Below, piece by piece: positions 48,659 to 59,527 of a stretch of DNA of 64,000 nucleotides. Below the pieces are notes generated by a model that saw only the letters and a program-made list of their open reading frames with translations, was not told the origin of the DNA and searched no databases. Position 1 is the stretch's first letter. The number at the start of each line of letters is the position of its first letter. Origin of the DNA: Prochlorococcus sp. AH-736-N03. GTDB taxonomy: Bacteria; Cyanobacteriota; Cyanobacteriia; PCC-6307; Cyanobiaceae. The stretch spans positions 8,813 to 72,812 of the forward strand of contig JAOIOX010000001.1 in assembly GCA_028140765.1 (NCBI GenBank), given 5' to 3'. Made by a program: the position numbers and the translations under genes.

Positions 48659-49660
48659 ATGCCAATACAAATATTATGGGGTAATGATTTAAATGCTCAA
48701 AATACATTTATTCAAAAATTAATTGATAAGGAAGTATCCAAAGAATGGAAAGAAATAAACGTCACTAATTTAAATGGAGATGATGATGAACAAGTCAATA
48801 AAGCTTTTGATGAAGTTCTTACACCTCCTTTTGGGGATGGATACAGAATAATTACATTGAAAAATAATCCCATTTTTACTACCAAAAATGAAGATCTAAG
48901 AACTAAATTTGAAAAAATTCATGACAATATACCTCAAAATACTTATTTCATTTTGCAAAATACAAAAAAACCAGACTCAAGACTAAAGAGTACTAAATTT
49001 TTACAAAAACTTATCAAAAATAATTTAGCTAAAGTAAAGTCATTTTCATTACCAGAGATCTGGGACTATGAGGGACAAAAAAGATTTTTAGAGGATACAG
49101 CAAATGAAATGAATATCAAAATTGATAAAAATGCAGCTGAATTAATTATTGATTCAGTTGGTAATGACAGCTTTAAATTAATAAATGAATTAGCGAAAGC
49201 AAAAACATACCTCTCTGCAGTATCAAGTGACTCGAATTCACAACTTTTTCTTAAAAGTATTGATGTAAAAAAAATATTTAGTGATCATCAATCCAATATT
49301 TTCAAAATAATTGATCTTCTCTTACAAAAAAATATTAATGAAAGCCTCATTGAAATAAATTATTCTTTACAGAAAGGAGAACCTGCTTTAAGACTAAATG
49401 CAGGTTTAATTAGTCAAATAAGAATTCATACCATTATAAAACTAGCAGTTAATTCAAGTAACGATAATGCAGAAAAGATTTGTAATCTTGCAGGCATTTC
49501 TAATCCAAAAAGAATTTTTTTTATTCGAAAAAAAGTCAAAAATGTATCTCAAGAATATTTAATTAATTTAATGAGTAACTTACTAGATATTGAATCGTTA
49601 CTAAAACAAGGTAATAATCCTATAAATGTTTTTACAGAGAAGTTAATTAATTTAAGTTAA
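48659..49660 (+). CDS. holA: DNA polymerase III delta subunit
   Basis: ILWGND, TPPFG, KPDSRLK, NELAK; size and pattern of cyanobacterial HolA. Confidence 0.85.
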   Translation: MPIQILWGNDLNAQNTFIQKLIDKEVSKEWKEINVTNLNGDDDEQVNKAFDEVLTPPFGDGYRIITLKNNPIFTTKNEDLRTKFEKIHDNIPQNTYFILQNTKKPDSRLKSTKFLQKLIKNNLAKVKSFSLPEIWDYEGQKRFLEDTANEMNIKIDKNAAELIIDSVGNDSFKLINELAKAKTYLSAVSSDSNSQLFLKSIDVKKIFSDHQSNIFKIIDLLLQKNINESLIEINYSLQKGEPALRLNAGLISQIRIHTIIKLAVNSSNDNAEKICNLAGISNPKRIFFIRKKVKNVSQEYLINLMSNLLDIESLLKQGNNPINVFTEKLINLS

Positions 49661-49699
49661 CCAAATTATAAGTTTAAGAATTTACATTATGATTTAAGT

Positions 49700-51460
49700 A
49701 TGGCTTTACTAGTAAAAAAATTTGGCGGTACTTCTGTCGGTGATATTAAAAAAATTAAAAATATTGCAAGTAGCATTTGTCAAAGTAAAGAAGCAGGGAA
49801 TGAAATCGTCGTAGTTGTCTCTGCGATGGGGCAAACTACAGATGATTTAAATTGTTTAGCGGAATCAATTAGTAAAAATCCTAATCGAAGAGAATTGGAT
49901 ATGCTTCTCTCAACTGGAGAGCAAGTAACCATAGCTCTTCTTTCAATGGCATTAAACGAATACGGAATACCTGCAATTTCAATGACTGGTAGCCAGGTTG
50001 GAATTATTACTGAATCAATTCATGGGAAAGCGAGAATTCTGGATATTAAAACAGAAAGGATCCAAAATTATTTAAATCAGGGTTTTGTAGTTGTCGTGGC
50101 TGGATTTCAAGGAACAACATTAAGCCATACGGGTTCAATGGAAATTACAACTTTGGGTAGAGGTGGTTCAGATACTTCCGCGGTAGCTTTATCAACAGCT
50201 TTAGGAGCTGAGACTTGCGAAATTTATACAGACGTTCCAGGTGTTCTTACTACTGATCCAAGGATTGTTCCTAATGCAAAACTCTTAGATGAAATTAGCT
50301 GCGAGGAAATGCTTGAACTTGCAAGCGTCGGTGCTTCAGTTCTTCATCCAAGAGCAGTAGAAATTGCTCGCAATTATGGAATTAAATTGTGTGTCAAATC
50401 AAGCCAAAGTGACTCCAGTGGGACTCTCCTAGAAAGTCAAATCCAACCTCTCCCGCTAAAAAGAGGAAGCTTAGAATTAACAAAAACAGTCAATAGTCTT
50501 GAAGTATTAGAAAACCAAGCAGTATTCAGTCTCTCAAATATTCCTGATAGGCCTGGGATTGCTGCGCAAATATTTGAAAAACTTTCAGAAGCAAGTATTA
50601 ACGTAGATTTAATAATACAAGCGACAAATGATGGAAATAAAAACGATATTACATTTACAGTTGGTAAATCAGAAGTAAAAAAGACTGCAGAACAATGTGA
50701 ACTTATAACTAGTCAATTAGGGGGAGAATTTAACTTAAAAACCAACATGACTAAATTAAGTATTCAAGGAGCAGGCATTATGGGCAGACCTAGTGTTTCA
50801 GCTGATTTATTTGATACTTTATCTCAAGCGAATATAAATGTTAGGTTAATAGCTACTAGTGAAATTAAAGTCAGCTGTGTAATTGAAATTAATAATATAC
50901 CAAAAGCTATTAGATTTGTTGCTGAGAAATTTAAGTTATCCGATACACAAATATTTGTTAATCCAATCAATGAAAAACAAGATCAACCTGAAGTAAGAGG
51001 AATTGCATTAGATAAAAACCAAGTTCAGGTAAGCTTTCGAAAACTGCCTGATCGTCCAGGTGTAGCAGCATCGATATGTTTAGCATTAGCTGAAAATAAT
51101 ATACTTATCGATACTATTGTTCAGTCTGAAAGAATTTCCTCTTTAAAAACTAAGGATATTAGTCTTACAATGAATAAACAAGATAGAGAAAAAGCTAACT
51201 TAGTTTTTGAGGCCTTAACAAAAAAATTACCCGGATCATACATTGAAGATGGCCCTGCAATAGCAAAAGTAAGTACTGTAGGAGCGGGAATGGCATTTAA
51301 GGTTGGAACAGCTGGAAAAATATTTAGATCATTGGCTGACCAAAATATCAATATTGAAATGATTGCCACGAGTGAAATTAGGACTTCATGTATTGTCTTA
51401 GAAAAAGATTGTGACAAAGCAGTTAATGCGATTCATAATCATTTCGAATTAGAAAAATAA
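49700..51460 (+). CDS. lysC: Aspartate kinase (cyanobacterial type with four ACT domains)
   Basis: KFGGTSV, VVSAMG, LGRGGSDTSA; duplicated PDRPG/TSEI ACT pairs. Confidence 0.96.
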   Translation: MALLVKKFGGTSVGDIKKIKNIASSICQSKEAGNEIVVVVSAMGQTTDDLNCLAESISKNPNRRELDMLLSTGEQVTIALLSMALNEYGIPAISMTGSQVGIITESIHGKARILDIKTERIQNYLNQGFVVVVAGFQGTTLSHTGSMEITTLGRGGSDTSAVALSTALGAETCEIYTDVPGVLTTDPRIVPNAKLLDEISCEEMLELASVGASVLHPRAVEIARNYGIKLCVKSSQSDSSGTLLESQIQPLPLKRGSLELTKTVNSLEVLENQAVFSLSNIPDRPGIAAQIFEKLSEASINVDLIIQATNDGNKNDITFTVGKSEVKKTAEQCELITSQLGGEFNLKTNMTKLSIQGAGIMGRPSVSADLFDTLSQANINVRLIATSEIKVSCVIEINNIPKAIRFVAEKFKLSDTQIFVNPINEKQDQPEVRGIALDKNQVQVSFRKLPDRPGVAASICLALAENNILIDTIVQSERISSLKTKDISLTMNKQDREKANLVFEALTKKLPGSYIEDGPAIAKVSTVGAGMAFKVGTAGKIFRSLADQNINIEMIATSEIRTSCIVLEKDCDKAVNAIHNHFELEK

Positions 51461-51467
51461 GTTCTTT

Positions 51468-53510
51468 TTAATTATTTCTTGCCAATTTTTGTCTTAATTT
51501 TTTGATTCTATCCCTCAAATTTGCTGCTTCTTCAAAATTTAACTCTTTTGCAGCGTCTTTCATTTTAATTTCTAACTTCTCTATTAAGTCAGGCAATTCT
51601 TCCAGCAAACATTGATTATCGCTGGAACTGAGAATTGCGTCAGTTTTGTTATTAACTATATTTATTAAATCTTTAGATAAACCACCAGCATCTAGTTTTC
51701 TGGAAAGTTCTAGAAAAGATAATATTGAATTTTCTATTTTTTTGCCTGCAGGTTTTGGAGTAATACCATTGACTTGGTTATATTTTTTTTGAATAGTTCT
51801 TCTTCGTTCAGTTTCATATATTGCTCTTTTCATTGAATCTGTGAAGTTATCTGCATAAAGCAAGGCAACACCTTCAACATGTCTGGCAGCTCTTCCTATT
51901 GTTTGAATCAATGACCTTTCAGCTCTGAGAAAACCTTCTTTATCAGCATCTAAAATAGCGACTAAAGATACTTCTGGAAGATCTAGTCCCTCTCTTAATA
52001 AATTAACTCCTACCAATACATCATATTCGCCCATTCTAAGGTCTTGAATAATTTCAATTCTTTCAATTGAATGGATTTCGGAATGCAAATATCTAACCCT
52101 TACTTTATTTTCAGATAAAAAATCAGTTAGATCTTCAGCCATTCTCTTAGTAAGTGTTGTGACAAGCACTCTTTGATTCTTTTCGGCTCGAATTCTTATT
52201 TCAGATAACAGATCTTCTATTTGGCCTTCACTAGGTCTTACATCAATTACTGGGTCTAACACCCCAGTTGGTCTTATAACTTGCTCAATAAATTCACCAT
52301 CACATTGATCTAATTCCCATTGTCCGGGGGTTGCACTTATAAATAATGTCTGTTTTGATTTTTCCCAAAACTCTTCACATTTCAAAGGTCTATTATCTGC
52401 AGCACTTGGCAATCTAAAACCATGATCTATTAAAACTTTTTTTCTAGATTGATCACCGTTGTACATCGCATGAAGTTGAGGACATGTTACATGACTCTCA
52501 TCAACTACCAACAACCAATCTTTGGGAAAGTAATCTATTAAACATTCTGGCGGTGAACCTTCCTCCCTACCTGATAAATGACGAGCGTAATTTTCAACTC
52601 CATTACAATAACCAACCTCTTTAAGCATTTCTAAATCATATTTTGTACGTTGTTCTAGACGTTGAGCCTCTAATAATTTTCCTTCGTATGTAAATTTATC
52701 GAGTTGAGTTTTTAATTCACTTCTAATTGCACTTATTGCACTCTCAAGTCTTTCTTTCGGAGTCACAAAATGCTTCGCTGGGTAAACGCTAACTTGTTCC
52801 AAACTTTCAAGTATTTCTCCTGTAGTAGGGTCAACATATCTAATAGCCTCGACTTCATCACCAAATAACTCAATTCTTATTAATCTATCTTCATAAGCTG
52901 GACCGATTTCTAAAACATCACCTTTAATTCTGAATCTACCTCTAGTTATTTCAATATCATTTCTAGTATATTGATTTTCAACAAGAGACCTCAAAGAAGA
53001 ACGTAGATTTATTGATTTTCCTACTTCAAATTTAACAGCAGCTTTTAAATACTCACTCGGTATACCAAGACCATAAATACAACTTATTGAGGCTACAACA
53101 ATTACATCTTTTCTTTCAAATAATGAGCGTGTTGCAGAATGCCTAAGCATATCTATTTCTTCATTAATTGAAGCAGTTTTGGCTATGTAAGTATCACTTA
53201 CAGGTACATAAGCTTCTGGTTGATAATAATCGTAGTAAGAAATGAAGTACTCAACAGCATTTTTTGGAAAAAATTCCCTTAATTCATTACATAGTTGTGC
53301 AGCCAACGTTTTGTTATGGGCTAAAACAAGTGCTGGTCTTCCTGTTTGTTGAATTACATTAGCAATGGTAAATGTTTTACCAGTTCCAGTAGCTCCTAAA
53401 AGAGTCTGAAACTGTTTACCATTATTTACGCCTTTAACTAATTTTTTAATAGCTTCTGGTTGATCTCCATTTGGTTCGTAGGGAGCTTGAAGCTTATAGT
53501 TGTTCATCAA
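51468..53510 (-). CDS. uvrB: Excinuclease ABC subunit B
   Basis: [33 protein letters not shown] domain. Confidence 0.98.
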   Translation of the reverse strand: MMNNYKLQAPYEPNGDQPEAIKKLVKGVNNGKQFQTLLGATGTGKTFTIANVIQQTGRPALVLAHNKTLAAQLCNELREFFPKNAVEYFISYYDYYQPEAYVPVSDTYIAKTASINEEIDMLRHSATRSLFERKDVIVVASISCIYGLGIPSEYLKAAVKFEVGKSINLRSSLRSLVENQYTRNDIEITRGRFRIKGDVLEIGPAYEDRLIRIELFGDEVEAIRYVDPTTGEILESLEQVSVYPAKHFVTPKERLESAISAIRSELKTQLDKFTYEGKLLEAQRLEQRTKYDLEMLKEVGYCNGVENYARHLSGREEGSPPECLIDYFPKDWLLVVDESHVTCPQLHAMYNGDQSRKKVLIDHGFRLPSAADNRPLKCEEFWEKSKQTLFISATPGQWELDQCDGEFIEQVIRPTGVLDPVIDVRPSEGQIEDLLSEIRIRAEKNQRVLVTTLTKRMAEDLTDFLSENKVRVRYLHSEIHSIERIEIIQDLRMGEYDVLVGVNLLREGLDLPEVSLVAILDADKEGFLRAERSLIQTIGRAARHVEGVALLYADNFTDSMKRAIYETERRRTIQKKYNQVNGITPKPAGKKIENSILSFLELSRKLDAGGLSKDLINIVNNKTDAILSSSDNQCLLEELPDLIEKLEIKMKDAAKELNFEEAANLRDRIKKLRQKLARNN

Positions 53511-53536
53511 GCTAGTAGCAAAAGGATGTTGCTATA

Positions 53537-54313
53537 CTAAGAAATTTTTTCTCCAATTAATGAATTTTTCAAAGATTCTTTTAAGCCCCTAACAACCGCA
53601 ATCATTGATATTAAATCATCTAATTTATTAACAACAGATCCAACGCCAACTGCTGAGGCTCCAGAGGATATTGCTAGTGGACAAGTTACTTGGCTTAATC
53701 CAGAGGCACTCATGATTGGTATATTTAGAGATTGTTTCTTAAATTCTTGATGAATAGCATAGGTAGCTGCAAGAGTTGGTACTGATTTTTCAAAAAAACC
53801 TTGAATTCCTGGAGAGTAAGGCGTAGAACTAGTACCACCTTCAGTTTGAATAATATCAATACCTTCTTCCACTAGCTTTACAGCAAGATCAACTTGTTTA
53901 TCAATAGGCATAGTATGAGGAACAGTTACTGATAAAGGAAAATTAGGCAATAAATCCCTCGTCTCTTTTGTAATGTTTAAAACTTTTTTATCTGAAAAAT
54001 GAATGCCTTTTTCATAAAAAGTATCGTAATTTCCTATCTCAATTAATGATGCTCCTGCTTTTACACAATCTTGAAAAGATCGAGGCACTACTGAACTAAC
54101 ACAAACGGGTAGTGTTGAATTCTTAAGTGCTAAATCAACGAGTTCAGGTTTACAAGCAATATCAACAAGATCTGCACCTCCTAATGAAGCAGCCTCAACA
54201 ATTATTTTCACAGACTGAACATCGAAATTATTCAATCCTGAAATAACTTTGAGTAAGGATTTGCTTCTTAACTCTTTTTTGATTTTTTGTGGCAAAAGAT
54301 TAATCAGACTCAT
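53537..54313 (-). CDS. DUF561 / Ycf23 family protein
   Basis: LKVISGLNNFD, EIGNYDTFY, LSVTVPH, IQTEGG. Confidence 0.85.
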   Translation of the reverse strand: MSLINLLPQKIKKELRSKSLLKVISGLNNFDVQSVKIIVEAASLGGADLVDIACKPELVDLALKNSTLPVCVSSVVPRSFQDCVKAGASLIEIGNYDTFYEKGIHFSDKKVLNITKETRDLLPNFPLSVTVPHTMPIDKQVDLAVKLVEEGIDIIQTEGGTSSTPYSPGIQGFFEKSVPTLAATYAIHQEFKKQSLNIPIMSASGLSQVTCPLAISSGASAVGVGSVVNKLDDLISMIAVVRGLKESLKNSLIGEKIS

Positions 54314-54398
54314 TTACTTAATGAATTTATTACCCGATTGTGACATTGTTTTAGTAAAACAGTGCATTTTTTAAAAAATATTATCTGAGCAACACAAA

Positions 54399-55409
54399 AT
54401 GACTGATAAAAAATTAAGTCAAAAAAATTGGTCATCATGGCATCATCAGCTTCATAAGGAGATTCTTACCAAAAAAATATTAATTCCCAAAGGATCCAAT
54501 ATTTTAATAAGTGTTTCGGGGGGTCAAGACTCAATGGCCTTATTAACCCTAATTAACGACCTAAAAAAAATACATAATTGGTCTATTAGTGTTTGGCATG
54601 GTGATCATCAGTGGCACGAAAAATCATCACTATATGCTCTTGAATTAAAAGATTATTGCGAAGATAAAAATATTTCATTCTCTTTTGATCAAGCAAATAA
54701 AGATAGTATTTCTTCAGAAGAAAAAGCGCGAGAATGGAGATATAAAAAATTATGTGAAAGAGCCAAAACTTTATTAAATGAAAACCAGCAAAAACATAAT
54801 ATTTATTTGTTAACTGGTCACACGAGTAGTGATAATGCAGAAACATTTATCCTCAATTTATCTAGAGGAAGCAATTTTGCAGGTCTGAGTAATATTGAGA
54901 ATAAAAAATTAATAGAAAATCAAATTTATTTAATAAGACCAATATTAATTTTCAGTAGGGAAGATACAAAACAATTTTGCAATGATATGAAGATCCCAGT
55001 CTGGGAAGATCCTACAAATTCAGATCTTAAATTAAAAAGAAATTTAGTAAGAAAGAAAATTATTCCTACCTTAGAAGTTATCTATCCTGGTTGTTCTGAA
55101 AGGATAAATAATTTTTCCCAAAAAATGAGCAAATACAATAATGAACGTAATGATCTTAGTGAACTAGCGTATTTATATTGTAAAGATGTTAAAGGTATCG
55201 ATAGGAATCTCCTAAATGGTATGTGTATTGAAGCAAGGTGCACAATTTTAAATAGATTTTTAAAAGAAATATCTGCTAAGCAATGTAGTTCTAAAAATCT
55301 GACAAAATTAGCAACTTCAATTTATGAAAAAAATAAAGGTCAAATTAATCTGCAAGAGTTTTTAAAAATTGTTTGGGATAAAAACTATATAAATTTTGAA
55401 AAAAGTTAA
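54399..55409 (+). CDS. tilS: tRNA(Ile)-lysidine synthetase
   Basis: SGGQDS PP-loop, AREWRY, TGHTSSDNAET, RPIL, DPTN. Confidence 0.94.
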   Translation: MTDKKLSQKNWSSWHHQLHKEILTKKILIPKGSNILISVSGGQDSMALLTLINDLKKIHNWSISVWHGDHQWHEKSSLYALELKDYCEDKNISFSFDQANKDSISSEEKAREWRYKKLCERAKTLLNENQQKHNIYLLTGHTSSDNAETFILNLSRGSNFAGLSNIENKKLIENQIYLIRPILIFSREDTKQFCNDMKIPVWEDPTNSDLKLKRNLVRKKIIPTLEVIYPGCSERINNFSQKMSKYNNERNDLSELAYLYCKDVKGIDRNLLNGMCIEARCTILNRFLKEISAKQCSSKNLTKLATSIYEKNKGQINLQEFLKIVWDKNYINFEKS

Positions 55410-57391
55410 GATGTTACAGCAGATCTTCTTCTTCTTGTTCTACCTTCAAATGAATCTTCTGTAGCAGTCTCAGCTGATGGATTCTGTGTAACTTTTGGAC
55501 TTTTTTGGGTATTTTGTGGGTTATTTGAACTATTAGGATGATTATTGTTTGATTTCTTATGGAAATTATTATTATTTCTATTTCTATTGGAGAAATTTTG
55601 CTCTTCGGTAATCTTTGGAATATAAGCACGAGTTCCACTTGGAGCAGGTTGAACTAAACACAAAATAAGTGGTTCAACTTGTAATTCTCTTCTCATTCTT
55701 CTCGATAAACCATTTTCAATTTCTCTTTGTACACCAATCCAATCTACCTCAAAATTATTCGGCCCAGTTTGTCTGGATAATTGTTTCCATCTATTTTCTA
55801 AGACCCAACTTATTTCTCGTTCTGTCCACATAGACATTTTTCTTGGCTCTGCAGTAGTAACAACTCCTCTTAAATTAACTCTAGGAGGCGCAACCATCTT
55901 CCCATCTGTACTAATAGGAGCTAAAACAGTTACTACACCATCACCAGCTAATTGCTGCCTTTCCTTTAATACACGAGCATCTACTATCCCATTTCGTGAG
56001 TTATCAAGCAGTTCAACACCAGCTTTTACAGGATCACCCTTTTGAATAGAATTAGGTGTTAACTCAACTACATCTCCATTTTCAATAATTAAGATATTGT
56101 CCTTTGGAACCCCCATGGTTTGTGCACTCTTCCCATGACAAACAAGCATTCTATGTTCTCCATGAACAGGAACAAAAAACTTAGGTTTTGCGAGTGCCAA
56201 CATTAACTTTTGATCTTCTTGAAAACCATGACCAGAGACATGAATATTCTCACCTTTTCCATAAACAACCTTTGCTCCGAGTTTCATTAATCTATCTATT
56301 GTATTAACAACAGAAATAGTATTACCAGGAATTGGGCTGGCTGAAAATATTACAGTATCAGTAGTCTTAAGACGAACATGCTGATGTTCACCACGAGAGA
56401 TTCTGCTTAACGCTGCTAGGGGTTCTCCTTGACTACCCGTCATCAATAATAAGGTCTCCCTATCTGGCAAATCTCTAATTTGCTTGATAGGAACAAACAA
56501 ATCATCTGGGCATTTCATATAACCAATATCTCTTGCCTTAGCAATAACATTTATCATCGATCTACCTAACAAACCGACCTTTCTTCCATGTTTCATGGCC
56601 AATTCTAAGATCATTGTCACTCTATGAACAGAACTAGCAAAAGTGGTAAGGATAACTCGTTCTTTTGCCTCTGCAATATGTTTTTCTAAAGAGGGATAGA
56701 TAGTCTTCTCAGAAGGACAAAAACCTGGAACTTCGGCATTAGTAGAATCACTGAACATGCATAAAACACCCTTCTCTCCATAATGCACCATTCTTTCAAT
56801 ATCGAATTGTTCTCCATCTACTGGCATATGATCAAACTTAAAATCTCCAGTGAAAATAATTGTGCCAACAGGTGTTGTAACTGCTAAAGAAAAGCTGTCG
56901 CAAATAGAATGGGTATTTCGAATAAATTCAACAGAAAAATGTTGTCCTACTTTTACAACATCTCTTGGATTTACTGTCTGTATAGTTGTTCTATCAGATA
57001 CCCCTGCTTCCTCCATTTTTCCTCTAAGCATTGACATTGCCAGTCTTGGGCCATAAATAATGGGAATATTAAAATGCTTTAGATGATGAGAAATACCTCC
57101 AATGTGATCTTCATGCCCGTGAGTGACAATCATTCCTTTTATTCTTCTTTGATTTTCTTTTAAAAAAGTTGTATCAGGCATAACAACGTTTACGCCATGC
57201 ATACCATCAGAGGGGAAAGCTAGGCCAGCATCAACAAGCATTAATTCATCACCATATTCAAAAACGCAAGTGTTTTTTCCTATTTCATGTAGTCCTCCAA
57301 GAGGTATTACTCGTAGAGCTGGCGTATTACTTTTAGATCTAGATGAATCATTATTAGATCTATTTACAGTTGAATTTGTACTTGATTGCAT
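55406..57391 (-). CDS. rnj: Ribonuclease J
   Basis: PLGGLHEIGKN, THGHEDHIG, TGDFKFD, TGSQGE, HVSGH, PVHGE. Confidence 0.96.
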   Translation of the reverse strand: MQSSTNSTVNRSNNDSSRSKSNTPALRVIPLGGLHEIGKNTCVFEYGDELMLVDAGLAFPSDGMHGVNVVMPDTTFLKENQRRIKGMIVTHGHEDHIGGISHHLKHFNIPIIYGPRLAMSMLRGKMEEAGVSDRTTIQTVNPRDVVKVGQHFSVEFIRNTHSICDSFSLAVTTPVGTIIFTGDFKFDHMPVDGEQFDIERMVHYGEKGVLCMFSDSTNAEVPGFCPSEKTIYPSLEKHIAEAKERVILTTFASSVHRVTMILELAMKHGRKVGLLGRSMINVIAKARDIGYMKCPDDLFVPIKQIRDLPDRETLLLMTGSQGEPLAALSRISRGEHQHVRLKTTDTVIFSASPIPGNTISVVNTIDRLMKLGAKVVYGKGENIHVSGHGFQEDQKLMLALAKPKFFVPVHGEHRMLVCHGKSAQTMGVPKDNILIIENGDVVELTPNSIQKGDPVKAGVELLDNSRNGIVDARVLKERQQLAGDGVVTVLAPISTDGKMVAPPRVNLRGVVTTAEPRKMSMWTEREISWVLENRWKQLSRQTGPNNFEVDWIGVQREIENGLSRRMRRELQVEPLILCLVQPAPSGTRAYIPKITEEQNFSNRNRNNNNFHKKSNNNHPNSSNNPQNTQKSPKVTQNPSAETATEDSFEGRTRRRRSAVTS

Positions 57392-57471
57392 AATTTTGAA
57401 ATTTATGAAGGCCTGCTTGTAATCAAATAAGGTTTATTTAAATTTAATTATCAAGTTAAATATAATCCCTA

Positions 57472-58374
57472 TTATAGGGAATTCAGGATAAAAGATAGTT
57501 GCTTTTTCATGTCATTGGTTAAAGGTGACAAAGGACTTCTAGGATTACCTACATCCCATCCCGATAGCTCCAAAGCAGCCTTAATTGGGATTGGATTAGT
57601 AGTCATAAAGAGTGCTTTGAAAAGAGGCTGAAGTTTTTCATGAATGGCAAGAGCATTAGAAACCTTTCCACTTTGAAAAGAATGAATCATTTCTTTCAAT
57701 TGCAATCCAACTAAATGACTTGCAACACTTACTACTCCTACAGCACCTACAGATAACATTGGAAGCAACAATGAATCGTCGCCACTATATACAGAGAGTT
57801 CGGAGCCACAAATAGCTCTTAGTTCTGTTACTTCTTCTATTCTACCGCTTGCAGCTTTAATACTGAGAATATTTGAGAAATCCATAAGTTTCTTCACAGT
57901 ATCAGGTAATAAATTGCATCCAGTCCTGCCAGGAATGTTGTAGAGCATAAGAGGCAAATCCTTTGCAGATTTAGCAATAGAACTGAAATGTTTATAAAGA
58001 CCTTCTTGAGGCGGCTTATTGTAATAAGGAACAACGACCAAAGCACCGTCGGCACCAGAGTCGTAAGCTTTTTTTGTAGCTTCCACAGCTTCGCTTGTAC
58101 AATTGCTACCAGTGCCAACTATTACTTTACAGCTTGCATCCAAAGATCCTTTTACAGCAATAAATAAGTCATGCTGTTCCGCCCATGAAAGAGTCGGAGA
58201 TTCTCCAGTAGTACCGCACAACACAATTCCATCGGAACCGTTCTCAAAAAGATAATTTGAAAGTTTTATAGCTAGTTCATAATCTACATCTCCATTCTCA
58301 GTGAATGGAGTAACCATTGCAGTCAATATTTTTCCAAATAGTGGATTATTACACTCAGTTTTGTCTGTGATCAT
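57472..58374 (-). CDS. dapA: 4-hydroxy-tetrahydrodipicolinate synthase
   Basis: [27 protein letters not shown]. Confidence 0.97.
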   Translation of the reverse strand: MITDKTECNNPLFGKILTAMVTPFTENGDVDYELAIKLSNYLFENGSDGIVLCGTTGESPTLSWAEQHDLFIAVKGSLDASCKVIVGTGSNCTSEAVEATKKAYDSGADGALVVVPYYNKPPQEGLYKHFSSIAKSAKDLPLMLYNIPGRTGCNLLPDTVKKLMDFSNILSIKAASGRIEEVTELRAICGSELSVYSGDDSLLLPMLSVGAVGVVSVASHLVGLQLKEMIHSFQSGKVSNALAIHEKLQPLFKALFMTTNPIPIKAALELSGWDVGNPRSPLSPLTNDMKKQLSFILNSL

Positions 58375-59402
58375 TTTTTTGGAATTAATAACTCAGCTAT
58401 TTGAACAGCATTCAGAGCTGCTCCTTTTCTTATTTGATCTCCACATAACCATAATTCTAATCCATGAGGCTGACTTATATCAGTTCTTAGCCTGCCAACA
58501 GCAACATTATCCCTTCCCATAACATCATTTGGCATAGGAAATCTATTATTTTTGTAATCCTCAATAACTTCAATTCCGGGAGATTTTTTTAATTCTTCAA
58601 GAGCATCTTTAGGCTCAACTACATCAGCAAATTCAATATTGATCGATTCAGAATGTGCTCTCAATACTGGGACTCGAACACATGTAGCAGAGAGCTTTAA
58701 ATCAGCAATATTTAATATTTTCCTTGTCTCATTAACCATTTTCATCTCTTCTTCGCAGTAATTATTTGAAAGCATAGGGGAATTATGTAAAAACAAATTA
58801 AAAGCAAGCGAGTATGGCAAAACTTCGCTTTTTTGAGGATTTCCTTGAAGATATTGTTCAGTTAAAAGTTTTAGTTCCTCCATCGCCAGTTGGCCTGCAC
58901 CACTGACAGATTGATATGTTGAGACAATGACTCTTTGGATAGTCGAAAGTTTGTTTAATGGAGCTAAAACTAATGTCAACAAAATGGTAGTGCAGTTTGG
59001 ATTCGCTATTACCCCATCATGATTAAGTACGTCACTAGAATTAACTTCAGGGACTATAAGAGGAACGTTCTTATCTAATCTGAAAGCACTTGAATTATCT
59101 ATCAGTAAAGCATTTTGATCAATAATGGTAGACAACCATTTTTTTGAAATACTCCCGCCAGCTGAAGCCAAAACTAAATCAAGATTCTTAAATTCTTCCT
59201 TAGTTGTTTTTTTTGTAACTAATTCTTCATCTTTCCAAATAATTTTTTTTCCTTCTGACCTCTCTGATGAAAGCAAGACCAATTCTGAAATTGGGAAATC
59301 ACGTTGTTCAAGAATTTTTAGCAATTCAGATCCCACAGCACCTGAAGAACCTAAAACAGCAACTTTTAATGGCCTATTAGGCAAATACGGAGATTGTCTC
59401 AC
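58371..59402 (-). CDS. asd: Aspartate-semialdehyde dehydrogenase
   Basis: [39 protein letters not shown]. Confidence 0.97.
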   Translation of the reverse strand: MRQSPYLPNRPLKVAVLGSSGAVGSELLKILEQRDFPISELVLLSSERSEGKKIIWKDEELVTKKTTKEEFKNLDLVLASAGGSISKKWLSTIIDQNALLIDNSSAFRLDKNVPLIVPEVNSSDVLNHDGVIANPNCTTILLTLVLAPLNKLSTIQRVIVSTYQSVSGAGQLAMEELKLLTEQYLQGNPQKSEVLPYSLAFNLFLHNSPMLSNNYCEEEMKMVNETRKILNIADLKLSATCVRVPVLRAHSESINIEFADVVEPKDALEELKKSPGIEVIEDYKNNRFPMPNDVMGRDNVAVGRLRTDISQPHGLELWLCGDQIRKGAALNAVQIAELLIPKK

Positions 59403-59527
59403 ACTTTAAAATGATTTTTATAAATAGATTGACTATTTTTTTTACTTTATCAAAAAATTAACTTTCAAGGAAATCACATAATGTGAAATAATTAAGATTC
59501 GGCTCATAGTAATAACTTAAGAAAAAC

